DNA from: an uncultured delta proteobacterium
GTDB taxonomy: Bacteria; Myxococcota_A; Polyangia; Polyangiales; Polyangiaceae
Length of the DNA: 64,000 nucleotides
NCBI GenBank assembly: GCA_963696385.1
Contig: CAVOKF010000007.1
Coordinates: 1,383,783 to 1,447,782, forward strand
Reading direction: 5' to 3'
The notes beneath the pieces are model-generated. The model ran no database searches and was not told the origin of the DNA. It saw only the letters and a list, made by a program, of their open reading frames with translations. The position numbers were made by a program, and so were the translations under genes. Position 1 is the stretch's first letter, and every line of letters starts with the position of its first letter. Shown here one piece after another: positions 11,399 through 22,133 of the stretch.

Positions 11399-11584
11399 GG
11401 TGATCCCCGACGGGCGCTCACCGGCCCGGCAGCTGGGGGGGCGGCCCATGGCGGAAGCGTGTAGCGTCGAGCCGGTCGCACGAGATGGACATGCGACAGC
11501 GCGGTCGCGCCCGGTGCTCGGGCTGCGCGGTCCCGTGCCGGACGGTGCGGCCAGCAGGGCGAGACCGAAGGGTTTCGCGCCGGA

Positions 11585-13735
11585 GTGGACGTGACCTCGC
11601 CGGAGGATGCGACGGTCCGACGTCTCGAGGAGAGACTCCGGTTCCTATCCGGCGCGTTGCGGACGTTCGCCGAAGCGACGAGCCATTACGAACAGCTGCT
11701 GGACGTGATCGCCCGCACACTGGGCGGCCAGGATGGCTGCGTGCTCCGCCTTCTGTCCGACGGGGGATGGCTCTCCGCGGTCGCCACCCATCTCCCTGTT
11801 CAGGATCACCTGGGTGATGCGGAGGCCGTTGCCCGGATTCGAGCGCACGTTGCCGCTTCCCACAACGTGGCCGAGCACGCCGGCTTACGGCGCGTGGTCG
11901 AGACGGGAGAACCGGTGCTCGTCGCAGTCGTGGACCTGGACCAGCTGCGAACTGAGGCCACACCCGAGATGGTGCAGATCTACGAGCTTCTAGGCATTCA
12001 CAGCCATCTGCTCGTTGCCCTCCGCGCCCGAGGCAAGTCCATCGGATCGCTCGCCATACTTCGGTTCGATCCGACCTTGCCGCCCTTTGACGCGTACGAT
12101 CTGGACATGGTGCAAGCTCTGGCCGACCACGCTGCGCTCGCTGTCGGCAACGCCCGCTCGTTCGCCGCCGAACGAGCCGCACGAGATGCTGCCGAGAGGG
12201 CGAAAGAGGACTTGCGGGCGTCGGAGGCCCGCTATCGATTGATGTTCGAGAACAGCCCCTTACCCAAGTGGTTGTACGACGTGGAGAGTCTCCGGTTCCT
12301 GGAAGTCAACGACGCCGCCGTTCGCAACTATGGATACTCGCGCGAAGAGTACCTGGCGATGACGATCGAGGACATTCGTCCGCCGGAGGAGGTGCCCACC
12401 TTGCTCGAGTCCGTGCGTCAACCGACCCTCCAGTCCAGGACCCAAACGTCGAGGCACCGAAGAAAAAGCGGCGAGGTTTTCCCCGTCGAGATCACGGTGC
12501 ACGGCATCACGCTCGGAGGTCGCTCATGCGCACTCGCGGTCGGCAAAGACATCACGGAGCGACTTGGGCTGGAGGAGCAGCTCCGCCAATCGCAGAAGAT
12601 GGAGGCCGTGGGGCGGCTAGCCGGGGGAGTGGCGCATGACTTCAACAACGTGCTGTCGGTCATCCTCAGCAACGCAGAGATGCTGCTGGCCGACATGAAG
12701 CCCGACGACCCCATGCACGAGGATATCGAGGAGATCAAAAAGGCCGGTCTGCGCGCAGCCGATCTCACGCGGCAGCTTCTCATGTTCAGCCGCCAGCAGG
12801 TGCTCGCACCGAAGGTCCTCGACCTGAACGACGTGCTTACCAGCATGGACAAAATGCTTCAGCGCATCCTGGGGGCAGACATCGATCTCCTTTCGATCCC
12901 CACGCGCCCGCTAGGCAGGGTGCGTGCCGACCCGAGCAGCGTGGCGCAGGTCATCCTGAACCTCGTCGTGAACGCGCGCGACGCCATGCCTACCGGCGGC
13001 AAGCTCACCATGGAGACCGCCAACGTCGTACTCGACGAGGTTTATGCGCAAGCTCATCTAGGGGCGGCGCCAGGCCCGCACGTCATGCTCGCGGTGACCG
13101 ACACCGGCACGGGAATCGACAAGTCCATTGTGGCGCACATCTTCGAGCCGTTCTTTACGACCAAGGAGAGCGGCAAGGGTACGGGGCTTGGACTTTCGAC
13201 CGTCTTCGGAGTCGTTCGGCAGAGCGGCGGCAGCGTCTGGGTCTACAGCGAAGTGGGGAAAGGGACGACCTTCAAGATCTACCTGCCGCGCGTGGATGCG
13301 GCCGTCGAAGTGGCCCGCGAAACCCAACCACCCGCTTCACTGCGAGGCTCCGAGACGATATTGCTCGTCGAGGATGACGATCAAGTGCGGCTCGTGGCTC
13401 ACAGCATCCTCAGCAGAAGCGGTTATCACGTCATCGAGGCGCGTAACGCTGGAGAGGCGCTCCTGCACTCCGAGGAGCATGCCGGCACGATCGATCTGCT
13501 GCTCAGCGATGTCGTCATGCCGCGGATGAGTGGCCCTGCGCTTGCGAAGCGGCTCGCGAGCGCCCGACCCTACATGAAGGTGCTCTGCATGTCCGGCTAC
13601 ACCGATGACAGCATCGTCCGCCACGGCGTCCTTGAAGCCCACATCGCCTATCTTCAGAAGCCCATCACCCCGGAGGCGCTGACCACGAGGGTGCGCGAGG
13701 TGTTGGACGAGGCGTCGACCGGACAGGGTGGGTGA
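11585..13735 (+). CDS. Hybrid sensor histidine kinase (GAF-PAS-HisKA-HATPase-REC)
   Basis: AGGVAHDFNN, NARDAM, DTGTG, FFTTK, GTGLGL, ILLVEDD, SDVVMP, QKP. Confidence 0.96.
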   Translation: MDVTSPEDATVRRLEERLRFLSGALRTFAEATSHYEQLLDVIARTLGGQDGCVLRLLSDGGWLSAVATHLPVQDHLGDAEAVARIRAHVAASHNVAEHAGLRRVVETGEPVLVAVVDLDQLRTEATPEMVQIYELLGIHSHLLVALRARGKSIGSLAILRFDPTLPPFDAYDLDMVQALADHAALAVGNARSFAAERAARDAAERAKEDLRASEARYRLMFENSPLPKWLYDVESLRFLEVNDAAVRNYGYSREEYLAMTIEDIRPPEEVPTLLESVRQPTLQSRTQTSRHRRKSGEVFPVEITVHGITLGGRSCALAVGKDITERLGLEEQLRQSQKMEAVGRLAGGVAHDFNNVLSVILSNAEMLLADMKPDDPMHEDIEEIKKAGLRAADLTRQLLMFSRQQVLAPKVLDLNDVLTSMDKMLQRILGADIDLLSIPTRPLGRVRADPSSVAQVILNLVVNARDAMPTGGKLTMETANVVLDEVYAQAHLGAAPGPHVMLAVTDTGTGIDKSIVAHIFEPFFTTKESGKGTGLGLSTVFGVVRQSGGSVWVYSEVGKGTTFKIYLPRVDAAVEVARETQPPASLRGSETILLVEDDDQVRLVAHSILSRSGYHVIEARNAGEALLHSEEHAGTIDLLLSDVVMPRMSGPALAKRLASARPYMKVLCMSGYTDDSIVRHGVLEAHIAYLQKPITPEALTTRVREVLDEASTGQGG

Positions 13736-13882
13736 CGTGTCCAAAGCGGCGACCGTACGCTTCGCGCGGGGCGATGGTCCACGAGCGAGCCAGGCCGCCT
13801 CGACGGTTGAGCGAGTAGGCGCTCCAAAGCTTGTCGGCCGACGAAGAGACGCGGAAACCGCCGCGGTCACATATAACCCGTT

Positions 13883-15358
13883 CATAAGTTGGTACTTAGG
13901 GATTCGGGATGGCGCTCGCTACCACACAAGTGCGAGTGGCTCGAGGCCCATAGCGAGACGTCCGCGCTTTCGATCGCGAGCAGGATGAGCGCGGCGCGCG
14001 TTGGAATCGAGGAACTTGAGCGTTTCGGCGAGGGCACGACGTAGTTGGCGCGGCGAGTCGAGAAGGCCGCGGAGGACATCGTCGAAGTAATGCTTGCCGG
14101 ACGCGGCGGCTCGCTGGGTCGAAAGCTCCACCCCCAGCGACGCTTCCGCGAAGTGTGCGAGCGAGCGTTTCAGAAGGGCTGCGAGCAGGCTCGCCCATAT
14201 CATCGCTTTCGCGATAGCGGCCTTGCCCGTATCGAAGGCATGAAGGTTGGCGTGGGATTTGAACTCTTTGAACAGGAGTTCCACCTGCCAGCGGAGGCGA
14301 TACAAGCCGGCCACGTCGGCGGCGGAGAAGCGCTTGCGGGCGAGGTTGCTGTGCAGGTACACGAACGTCTTCGCGTTGCGCTTGCCGCGCTTGTAGATCG
14401 CCACAATTCGCCCGCGATACACGAATGAATTCGCCTGCCATTCGATGTCGAGATCGACCGTCTGGGCCGGAAGCAGGTCCCAGTTCAACTTCTGGCCGAG
14501 CAACTTGGGGATGGATTTGCCGGCGCTGTCGAAAGCGGCCCGAATGGTGGGTCGAATGTTTTTGGTTCCGCGGACGATGAAGGCGCCGCCCGCTTGGTCG
14601 ACGTCGAAAAAGAATGTTCGCTCCTCGTACCCTCGGTCGGCCAGAAAGAGCCGCTCGCGAAGACTCGCGGCCTCGGGACGGTAGGTTCGCTCGGTCTCCT
14701 TGTCGGCCGTCAGGGCGACGATGCGCACATCGTCTTGGAGCAGACTCATCGTGACGTGCAGTTCCACGGCGGCTGGCGAGATTTTCGTAAAGCGGCCCGG
14801 CCATGTGCCTTTCAAGTCGTCCTTGAGCGCGAACGACGTCCCGTCGTGAATGACGATGTCCCGAAAGGTCGACAGTTTGGGGGACACGGCGTGCAGAACC
14901 GGCTGGCTCATCTTCTGTACCGTCGCTTCCAGCAGCATCCGAAACATCTCTGGAAAGGACGCTTGCGCGAGCCGGTTGTGAAAGGGCTTATATCGCAGCG
15001 AAAGGCCCGCGAATTTCCGGAACGTCCGCAGAATATCGGCCAACCACTTGGCGTGGCCCGACCCGAGCGTGGACAGCACCGCCACGACCATCGCCAGCGG
15101 CATCACCTTGCGCACTCGCCGTAGCCAGCCGCTACGTCTCGCGATCGCGGTCACCTGCTCCTCGCCGAGTACTTCCGTAAGCCGTTTCGCATACACGCCG
15201 ACTCCGGCGCGTGTACTGTTTGATCCGTGCATCGGGGGTCTCCTTTCGCGTTGTCTCACAACAGCGTCTAGAGAATCCCCGATGCCTTTGACTATCCAAT
15301 TCGTGCACTATGCACGTAAGTGATCGAGATCACTCGGGAAATAAAGATCCTACCTATG
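13883..15358 (-). mobile_element. IS4-family element copy 1 (1476 bp)
   Basis: IRs CATAAGTTGG / CCTACCTATG; 10-bp TSD ATAACCCGTT. Confidence 0.95.
13919..15232 (-). CDS. IS4 transposase
   Basis: HDGT, ADRGY, YRLRWQVELLFKEFK (YREK); RBS AAAGGAG. Confidence 0.95.
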   Translation of the reverse strand: MHGSNSTRAGVGVYAKRLTEVLGEEQVTAIARRSGWLRRVRKVMPLAMVVAVLSTLGSGHAKWLADILRTFRKFAGLSLRYKPFHNRLAQASFPEMFRMLLEATVQKMSQPVLHAVSPKLSTFRDIVIHDGTSFALKDDLKGTWPGRFTKISPAAVELHVTMSLLQDDVRIVALTADKETERTYRPEAASLRERLFLADRGYEERTFFFDVDQAGGAFIVRGTKNIRPTIRAAFDSAGKSIPKLLGQKLNWDLLPAQTVDLDIEWQANSFVYRGRIVAIYKRGKRNAKTFVYLHSNLARKRFSAADVAGLYRLRWQVELLFKEFKSHANLHAFDTGKAAIAKAMIWASLLAALLKRSLAHFAEASLGVELSTQRAAASGKHYFDDVLRGLLDSPRQLRRALAETLKFLDSNARRAHPARDRKRGRLAMGLEPLALVW

Positions 15359-15469
15359 ATAACCCGTTAGGGGCTTCCGCCGTCGCTGTAATGGCGAACC
15401 GATTTGAACAGATCCAAAGCGCACGTCGCCCGCGCGGCGCCGCATCAGCGCGCCGCAATCGGGGCTCGT

Positions 15470-15800
15470 CGTTCCAGGCGAGCTGCAGCTCGAGTTGATC
15501 TGGCCGCTCGGCGTCTTCTGCGTCGGTTGGGTCGCGCGCCCGGGTGACGGGCGGCGCCTCGGTCGGCAGGCCGAGATGGGCGAGGATCTGGCGCACGGGC
15601 TCGCGCTCGGTGATCACGGCGAGCACCCGCAGTCGGCCGTGGCACTTCGGACATTGCAGAACGTCCACGTCAAAGGTCCGTTTCAAGAGCGTGGGCCAGT
15701 CCACGCGAGGGGAGGCCGCGTAGATGGCGCCGCCAAGCAGCCGTTCCCAGTGGCTGACAGCAAGCACATTGGGCGTGAGCGGGATGACCTCGCTCCGATG
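15470..15800 (-). pseudogene. IS91-family (Y2 HUH) transposase C-terminal remnant
   Basis: DWPTLLKRTFDVDVLQCPKCHGRLRVLAVITEREPVRQILAHLGLP. Confidence 0.8.
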
Positions 15801-15811
15801 CGCGTTGAGCG

Positions 15812-17635
15812 TGGAGGCTTTCGCCGGCTGGTGACGGACGTGTCGCTGGGTCAGGTGGGTGCTGTCGCGGCACGCGAGGTATCCCGTTTCGCGCGCAACA
15901 GTCGGGACTGGCAACAGCTGATCGAGATTTGCCGCGTCGTAGATACGCTCCTCGTCGATCACGACAGCGTCTACGCCCCACGACTCAGCAATGATCGACT
16001 ATTGCTCGGACTCAAAGGAAGTCTGAATGAATATGAGCTCGAGCTCTTGCGCTTGCGCGGCGCAGAAGCTCGCCGCGAGAAAGCGGCTCGCGGAGAACTG
16101 TTCGCGAGAGTGGCGGTCGGTTACCGCTAGGGGGACGATGGGGGCATCGAAAAGAGTCCCGACGCCCGCGTCGGACAGGTCATCGACTTGGTGTTTGCCA
16201 AATTTTTCGAACTGGGCAGCGCACGACAGGTGATGCTTTGGATGCGCGGCGCGGGCATGAAGCTCCCGGCCAACCGCTCTCGCCGACAAGTCGTATGGAA
16301 AGAACCAAATTACGATGACGTATATCGGATATTGACGAATCCTGTCTACGCGGGCGCATATGCGTATGGGCGAACAGTCCAGCGCCAGCGCGTGGTCGAG
16401 GGTCAGTTGCGTTCCGAGGTGGTCAGGCAGCACCGGGCCGACTGGTCGGTCTTGCTGCGCGACCATCACGAGGGGTACATCAGTTGGCAGCAGTTCGAAC
16501 GGATCGAGCAGATGCTAGCGAAAAACACACAGGGTCGAGGAGGACACGGGGCCGCGCGCCGCGGCTCGACGCTGCTCACGGGGCTCGTGTCCTGCCGGCG
16601 TTGCGGTCACCGTCTTGGCGTCAACTACAGCGGGACGTCCCAGAGCGTGCGTCGCTACACCTGCGACGGGCGGAACGCCAAGTTTGGCGATCCGAAGTGC
16701 ATATCGTTCAGCGCAATTGATGTGGACGTGCAGATCGCAAAGCGAGTGCTCGCGATAACGCGACCGGCCGCGATCGAGGCGGCGCAGCGCGCGTGGGTAG
16801 AGTTCGCTGGTGCACGCGACCAAGCAATTGAAGCACTCGAGCTCGAGTTGGAGCAGGCGCAATACCAAACGCGCCGCGCCGAGCGTCAATTCGATGCTGT
16901 CGATCCCGAGAACCGCACAGTCGCTCGTGAACTCGAAAAGCGCTGGAATGCCGCTCTCGAACTCGAGCGCTTGATTGAAACTCGGATCGATGCAGCACGC
17001 GAAATAAACCGTCGTGTGGATCCGCCCAGCGTCGATCACTTCACGGAGCTGGCGAGCGATCTCGAACTCGTCTGGAACGCGGCCACAACCGATATGGCAC
17101 TCAAGAAGCGCATCGTACGTGCCGTCATTGAACAAATCTGGGCAGACGTCGATGAAGCGCGCTCCGAAATCGTGCTCACCGTGCACTGGAAGGGAGGCGC
17201 GCATACGGATTTGCTAGTTCCGAAGCGCCGCAGCGGGGAGCGTGGCCGAACGACATCGTCGGATGTCGTCGAAGCCGTGCGCGTCCTCGCGCGAATCTTT
17301 CCCGATCACGAAATCGCTGCGTGGCTCGGCAAGGCCGGGATCCGAACGCCGAACGGTGCAAACTACACGCGTGCATTGGTTGCTTCGCTTCGCCATACAA
17401 GAGGGATCCCCGCGCACTCGATCGAGCGTCGTCGCGCCGACGGCTGGTTATCCCTCGAGGAGGCGGCCGGGCTGATGGACGTATCCACCAGAACGCTGCG
17501 CCGTGCCGCTCAGGCCAACGAGGTGCCCGCATGCCACCCCCTCGCAAACGGCCCTTGGATCTTCGCAAGGAGCGATCTCGAGAACGAGGTCGCCAAGCGA
17601 GTCACGACGCACGTGCGGGTGCGAGAGCAGCCACG
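15812..17635 (+). pseudogene. Large serine recombinase (recombinase + Zn-ribbon), N-terminally truncated, amber stop at 16128-16130
   Basis: EVSRFARN, DRLLLGLKG, LTNPVYAG, CRRCG, coiled coil, C-terminal HTH. Confidence 0.88.
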
Positions 17636-17775
17636 GACGCTCGAACACGCCCATTTTCGTGCCATGCTCATGCGACTGGATTTCACGGCGAAAGCCGTTC
17701 GCCTCGGGTGCCCCGGTCATGTCCGGGGGGTGACGCGGCCACCGCCGCAATCAGCCCCGCTGGAAGGGGGCCTTC

Positions 17776-18770
17776 TCACGGTCGGGACCGATCCGACTCG
17801 CCTTTGGCGTGACCCATCGCGGCGGATTCGGCCACCGCGGCGAGCTCGCCTTCGTCGCCGATCGCTTCGTGCGGCAAGTCGTCGAGGAAGCGCTGGCCGC
17901 CAGAGAACTGTTCGGCGACGTGCTCGACGAACCGCCGGTACCGGCTCTCGGCGCTCGCGCGAACAGAGCCCTTCGCGGCTTCGGGGATCGCCGGCGTATG
18001 CGGGTGTCCTTCTCTCCGGCGGGGTCGACGAGCAGATCGGCAACGTTCTGGGCGTCGCGCACCTCGTTCCAACCTTTCCGGATTTCCAGGAGCGGATTGA
18101 AGCGGAGCGAATCGAGGGCCGTCGGCTCGAAGCGCCAGACGCGGCTGAATTGGCGGCGCCAGCCCGCGGTAAGCGCCCAGTTTTCCTTCTTGATATCGTA
18201 GACGAGGACCGAGTGCGGCCAGCTAAGGAGCGTTGGGACGACCAGGCCGACGCCCTTACCCGATCGGGTGGGGGCGAAGCAGAAGACGTGCTCGGGGCCG
18301 TCCTGACGGATGAGGTGACCCGCTTTGCGAAAGGTGGTCTGCGTTCGGCCGGCGGCGTCGACGGTGTGTCGAAAGACGGCGTCGCCCGTCTGGCCGAGGA
18401 CGACGCCGGCCTCGCGCAAGAGTCCCGCGCGTCGCATCTCGGTCGTCGTGGCCCAGCGAGAACTCCCGTGCGAGCGACTCGGGCCGGTGGGCTTGCGGCA
18501 TACGGCTGCGAGGGCGGCAGCCGCGCAGCCGGCGATCGCCCCGATCGTCGTGATGCCCCTCGCGTCGCGAAAGACGGTGGGTGCACGCGACTCGGCGATC
18601 GGATCCCATAGGAGCCAGCCCCAGGGCGGGTAGAGAGGCCACGATCCGACGACGGCCCAGGGCACCCCGATCTCGGGTGGGTCGTGAAGCTTGGCGGCGA
18701 CGTACTCGGTCGAGGCCCAGAGGCCGGCCAGAGACAGCACGAAGAGCGACAAGAGCGCCAACACACGCAT
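17776..18770 (-). pseudogene. traG: VirD4/TraG type IV coupling protein with an internal deletion near 18000
   Basis: N-terminal TMs, SHGSSRWA, APTRSGKGVGLVVP, DIKKENW, FNPLLEIR. Confidence 0.88.
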
Positions 18771-19259
18771 GGGTCCTCCGCTCGGCCTGAAAACACGTGC
18801 CCCGCGTCCGGGCACCATTCGCGGGAAAGCGCCGGTGCTCGGGAGCCGCCAACATGAGTCCGATATTCAAACTTGTCAAATCGGATATCGACCGATTCTC
18901 TCCGATCCGTCGGGCATAGGCTTTGGGGCAACCGCCGGAGTCGCGCTCGCTCGCTCCCGCGAGCGGCAGACCCGAGCGCGTCTCGCGGGACTCGTCCGGT
19001 CGCTGATTCACCTGTGCCGGTCAACAATCAACCGGATGGGTGTTCCGACGCCTCAGTCCACACTCAAGCATTTCAAGCAGTTGGCGATCTCGGCGCCCCG
19101 AACATGGGCTGGCGCCGTTTGCCTATAGGCGCATGATGCCCCAAAGCGCGATTCGCGGACCCCCATCCGCGTAGCGATCTTTCGAGCCCCCACCCCACCA
19201 GGGCCGCCCTGATCCTGCACGCTGTCGAATACACGAGCGGTGTGTCGATCAAGCGTAGT

Positions 19260-19369
19260 GTGAATAGGCGTGTTCGAACGCTGAACGGTGGCTTATGGCC
19301 TTTTTTCAATCGCAAGATCGATCGACCGCAGACGGAAGTCCCGCACCATGCTCCGCGCCGGACAATTTA
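19260..19369 (-). repeat. Divergent oriIS-like module M3
   Basis: Minus strand TAAATTGTCCGGCGC ... GCGTTCGAACACGCCTATTCAC, 110 bp; interior not alignable. Confidence 0.5.
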
Positions 19370-20004
19370 TCTGGTTCGTCTCTGAATGCCTGACCCTCGT
19401 GTCGTGTTCTCGGCGGCATGAATCGGCGTCCGACGTGGATGCCACGACGGATACCACCGACGTCGTCTGCGAGCCAGGGCCGTGTTTCTGTCTTCCCAAG
19501 GACGGTGCGGCCGCGTGCCGGGTGGATGGCTCGGCAGGCGGCGATTGCACCTGCAGAGCCGGTGCGGAGGGCGCCGGCGACGACACCAACGATGCGCCAG
19601 AAGCGGACCTCACGGACGCGACCGGGGCGGAGAGCGCGTCAGAGCCCTTCGTCGGCACCTGGACGCTGAGCGGAACCGAAACCTTCGTCTGCTCCACCGA
19701 GTCCGCCCAGGCGGCGCCGATCGCCGCCGCGGTGACGTTCAGCCGGGGGTCCGAAGCGAGCGACGCCGGCGAGGTGGACTTGCTCTTCAACGCGGGCCTC
19801 GGCTGTTCGCTCGCGATGTTCGTGAGCGGCGGAGTCGCCCGGCTCGTCTCCGCTCCCCAAACGTGCGCGCCTGCCGGTCAACCCGTCGACCGCGAGTTCA
19901 CGGCCGTGCAAGCGCAGCCCTCTGGCGCATCGCTCGACCTCACCGAGACGTTCACCGATGCCCCGGGCTACCAGTATCAGGTGCAAGGCACCCTCACGCG
20001 CTGA
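19348..20004 (+). CDS. Lipoprotein, paralog of 56162-56878
   Basis: LVSC lipobox; shared PFxGTWTLxGxET, GEVDLLFxAG, YxVxGxLTR. Confidence 0.75.
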   Translation: MLRAGQFIWFVSECLTLVSCSRRHESASDVDATTDTTDVVCEPGPCFCLPKDGAAACRVDGSAGGDCTCRAGAEGAGDDTNDAPEADLTDATGAESASEPFVGTWTLSGTETFVCSTESAQAAPIAAAVTFSRGSEASDAGEVDLLFNAGLGCSLAMFVSGGVARLVSAPQTCAPAGQPVDREFTAVQAQPSGASLDLTETFTDAPGYQYQVQGTLTR

Positions 20005-20213
20005 CCGCGCTCGGCGATAAAAAACCTGGCCGGCCGCCGGATCTCGTTCGCTCACGCATTCGCTTGCCACTCACCACATGCGAGGAGATCGAGCCACGGT
20101 CTCGAACGTGGCGCCACCTCCACCGTCGCAAGGGCGAATCCGTCTCCCGGATGGATCATTCGAGATCGCGTGGGTCTGGCCTCGGTTCCTCTCGCGCGTT
20201 TGAGGTCCGAAAA

Positions 20214-20486
20214 ATGGGGCGCCCTCGCACATTTCTATCGGACAACTGTAGTTTGCCGTGGTGCGGGGACGACGACGAACGCGCACTTATCGATCGCGTA
20301 GTCGAGCCGCTCGGCGTCGTCCTGAACAACCAGAACCTTGCAGGCGAGGGTTGCCGCTACTGGTTCGAAGGCCCCAACCGTGGGCATCCATTCGACGGGG
20401 CGCTCAAGCGGCAGGTGTACCAAGCGCTCGCCGAGACAAGCATTACGCGATGGCTAGAGCAAGCGCACGGAATCGAAGTGGGTTGA
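20214..20486 (+). CDS. Small hypothetical protein
   Basis: Protein-like composition only. Confidence 0.35.
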   Translation: MGRPRTFLSDNCSLPWCGDDDERALIDRVVEPLGVVLNNQNLAGEGCRYWFEGPNRGHPFDGALKRQVYQALAETSITRWLEQAHGIEVG

Positions 20487-20707
20487 CGCCCGCCGAAACG
20501 CGTTCGCAAGGGCGCGTCTGCCGGGACTCGAACGCCCAGCACTGAACGACGAACTACAAGCAGGGCCGAAAGGCTCGAGAGCGTCGTCGGCCCGACGCAA
20601 CTGCATGCGCAGCAATCGCAGGCGCAAGGTCCGGCAACGAGGCCGAGCCCCCCGCGCCCCTCCGCCGATGAACTCGAAAAGTACCTACGGGGCATAAGCC
20701 CCTCGTC

Positions 20708-20977
20708 TCAGCGGCAGCGTCCGGGACTCGACGGACCGCGGCGACGTTCACACACGGGACAAGCTCGGCGCGGTTCTGGGCCGGCGGCGAGAGACCGGAG
20801 CTTGTCCTCGGCGACGTCCACGGGGATGAGAGCGCTCTTGCCCACCCGCACGACGAAGCCGCGACACATGGGCACAAGCACCTCGCGAAACTTGCGGGGC
20901 GCAATGCCCAGGACGGCGAAGGCCGTGTCTTGGCTCACAAACAGAGGGCGTACGACGAGCGGCGGTCGCGTCTTCAT
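20708..20977 (-). CDS. Excisionase-like HTH protein
   Basis: VSQDTAFAVLGIAPRKFRE...RVGKSALIP winged-helix pattern; near an integrase. Confidence 0.5.
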   Translation of the reverse strand: MKTRPPLVVRPLFVSQDTAFAVLGIAPRKFREVLVPMCRGFVVRVGKSALIPVDVAEDKLRSLAAGPEPRRACPVCERRRGPSSPGRCR

Positions 20978-21347
20978 CGCGCGCGCGTCCTTGAAACGGT
21001 TGAAGAAGGCACGGTGTCCTCGTGAAGGGCCCGGAGTTCCTGCCCTTGGAAAAGCCGCAACGGCGGCGTCCGGCATCGGCCAAACGGTGATGCGAAAGCG
21101 AATCGTTGAAACACCCACGACGGAGAAATGCCCCCGTCAGAACTTGTCGGGATGGAAGCGCGAGCGGCTATACGGCTATCGGGGTGCCGATCGTGCCTAT
21201 TGCGACGGCGTGCGTCTCGAGGTGCTCGTCGCCCGGCTCGACTGACTGGCTTGGCCGTGATCGGTGGCGCGACGCCTCCGGAAGGGCGCCGTCCGATGCC
21301 GCGGGACGCGGGCGTTCCAGCCTTCGGACACCAAAGGTCGGACCACC

Positions 21348-21620
21348 CCAAATCCAGTGACGAAAATGACGAAACTCGGACCGGTGGGGGGTCTCCCCCC
21401 TCATGAGGTACTTGTCGGGTCCCGAGACCGGGGCGAGGTACGCCGAATCTAAAGATCAGTCCCCTCCAAATGCAGTGACGAAAATGACGAAACTCGGATC
21501 GTCGTGGGTGGAAGCCCCCATCCAACGACGGTCCGCCCAGTCCGACGCCCCCGTCCGAGGGCCTCCATCGCCCCAAGCGAAGAATCGGCCTCTCCAGATC
21601 CTTTGACGAAAATCGGATCG
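21348..21620 (+). repeat. Two 33-bp direct repeats plus one partial copy, containing TGACGAAAA-TGACGAAAC
   Basis: CCAAATSCAGTGACGAAAATGACGAAACTCGGA at 21348 and 21466; partial copy near 21593. Confidence 0.85.
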
Positions 21621-22133
21621 ACATGGGCTCACTGCCTCGCGCGGGGGTTGATTGGTCGTACGTTTGGAGCATGCCCTTTCTTAGGCAATCACCGCGCCAG
21701 AGCCGCGCCCCAAGCTAAGTATTGGAAACCATGGACTCCCGGATCCGGTTTTCCCACCCAAACGGTCGCTCGTTGACCTGTACCGGTCAATCGACGCCCG
21801 GCTACCTCATGAGAAGGCGTCGACGAGGAGCACGACCGCGAGCTCATGGAGGACACACCGGATGACGAACAACCGCAAACGGCCGACGCCATCCTGCACG
21901 CCTTGGGGCGTAGGAGGGCAAAATGACTGCCCTTATTTGCCATTTCGCACCGAAGCGAAGGAGCAAACGTCGTGAGCGGGAAACCGAGCAGGGCCGGGAG
22001 GAAGCAAAGAACAACGCGCTCGATGAGCCCCTGCGTCTTGATTTGCACGCGTGCGTGGGAAACAAACCAAAGGCTTCCGAGCAAGACGACGATGGCCTCG
22101 CAACGATTTCGACCCATAGCCGACAGGTAAACC

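Larger units (their letters stand above)
13811..15406 (-). repeat. oriIS-like module M2, split by IS4 copy 1 and attached to an IS91 transposase tail
   Basis: GCGAGTAGGCGCTCCAAAGC...GGTCACAT[IS4]...GAACCGATTTG. Confidence 0.8.

Noticed and set aside
19022..19131. Further module (CAA...GTTTGCCTATAGGC)
   Set aside because: Length fits but similarity is too low to support by eye
21348..21620. CRISPR array
   Set aside because: Only two full repeats, about 85-bp spacer, no cas genes
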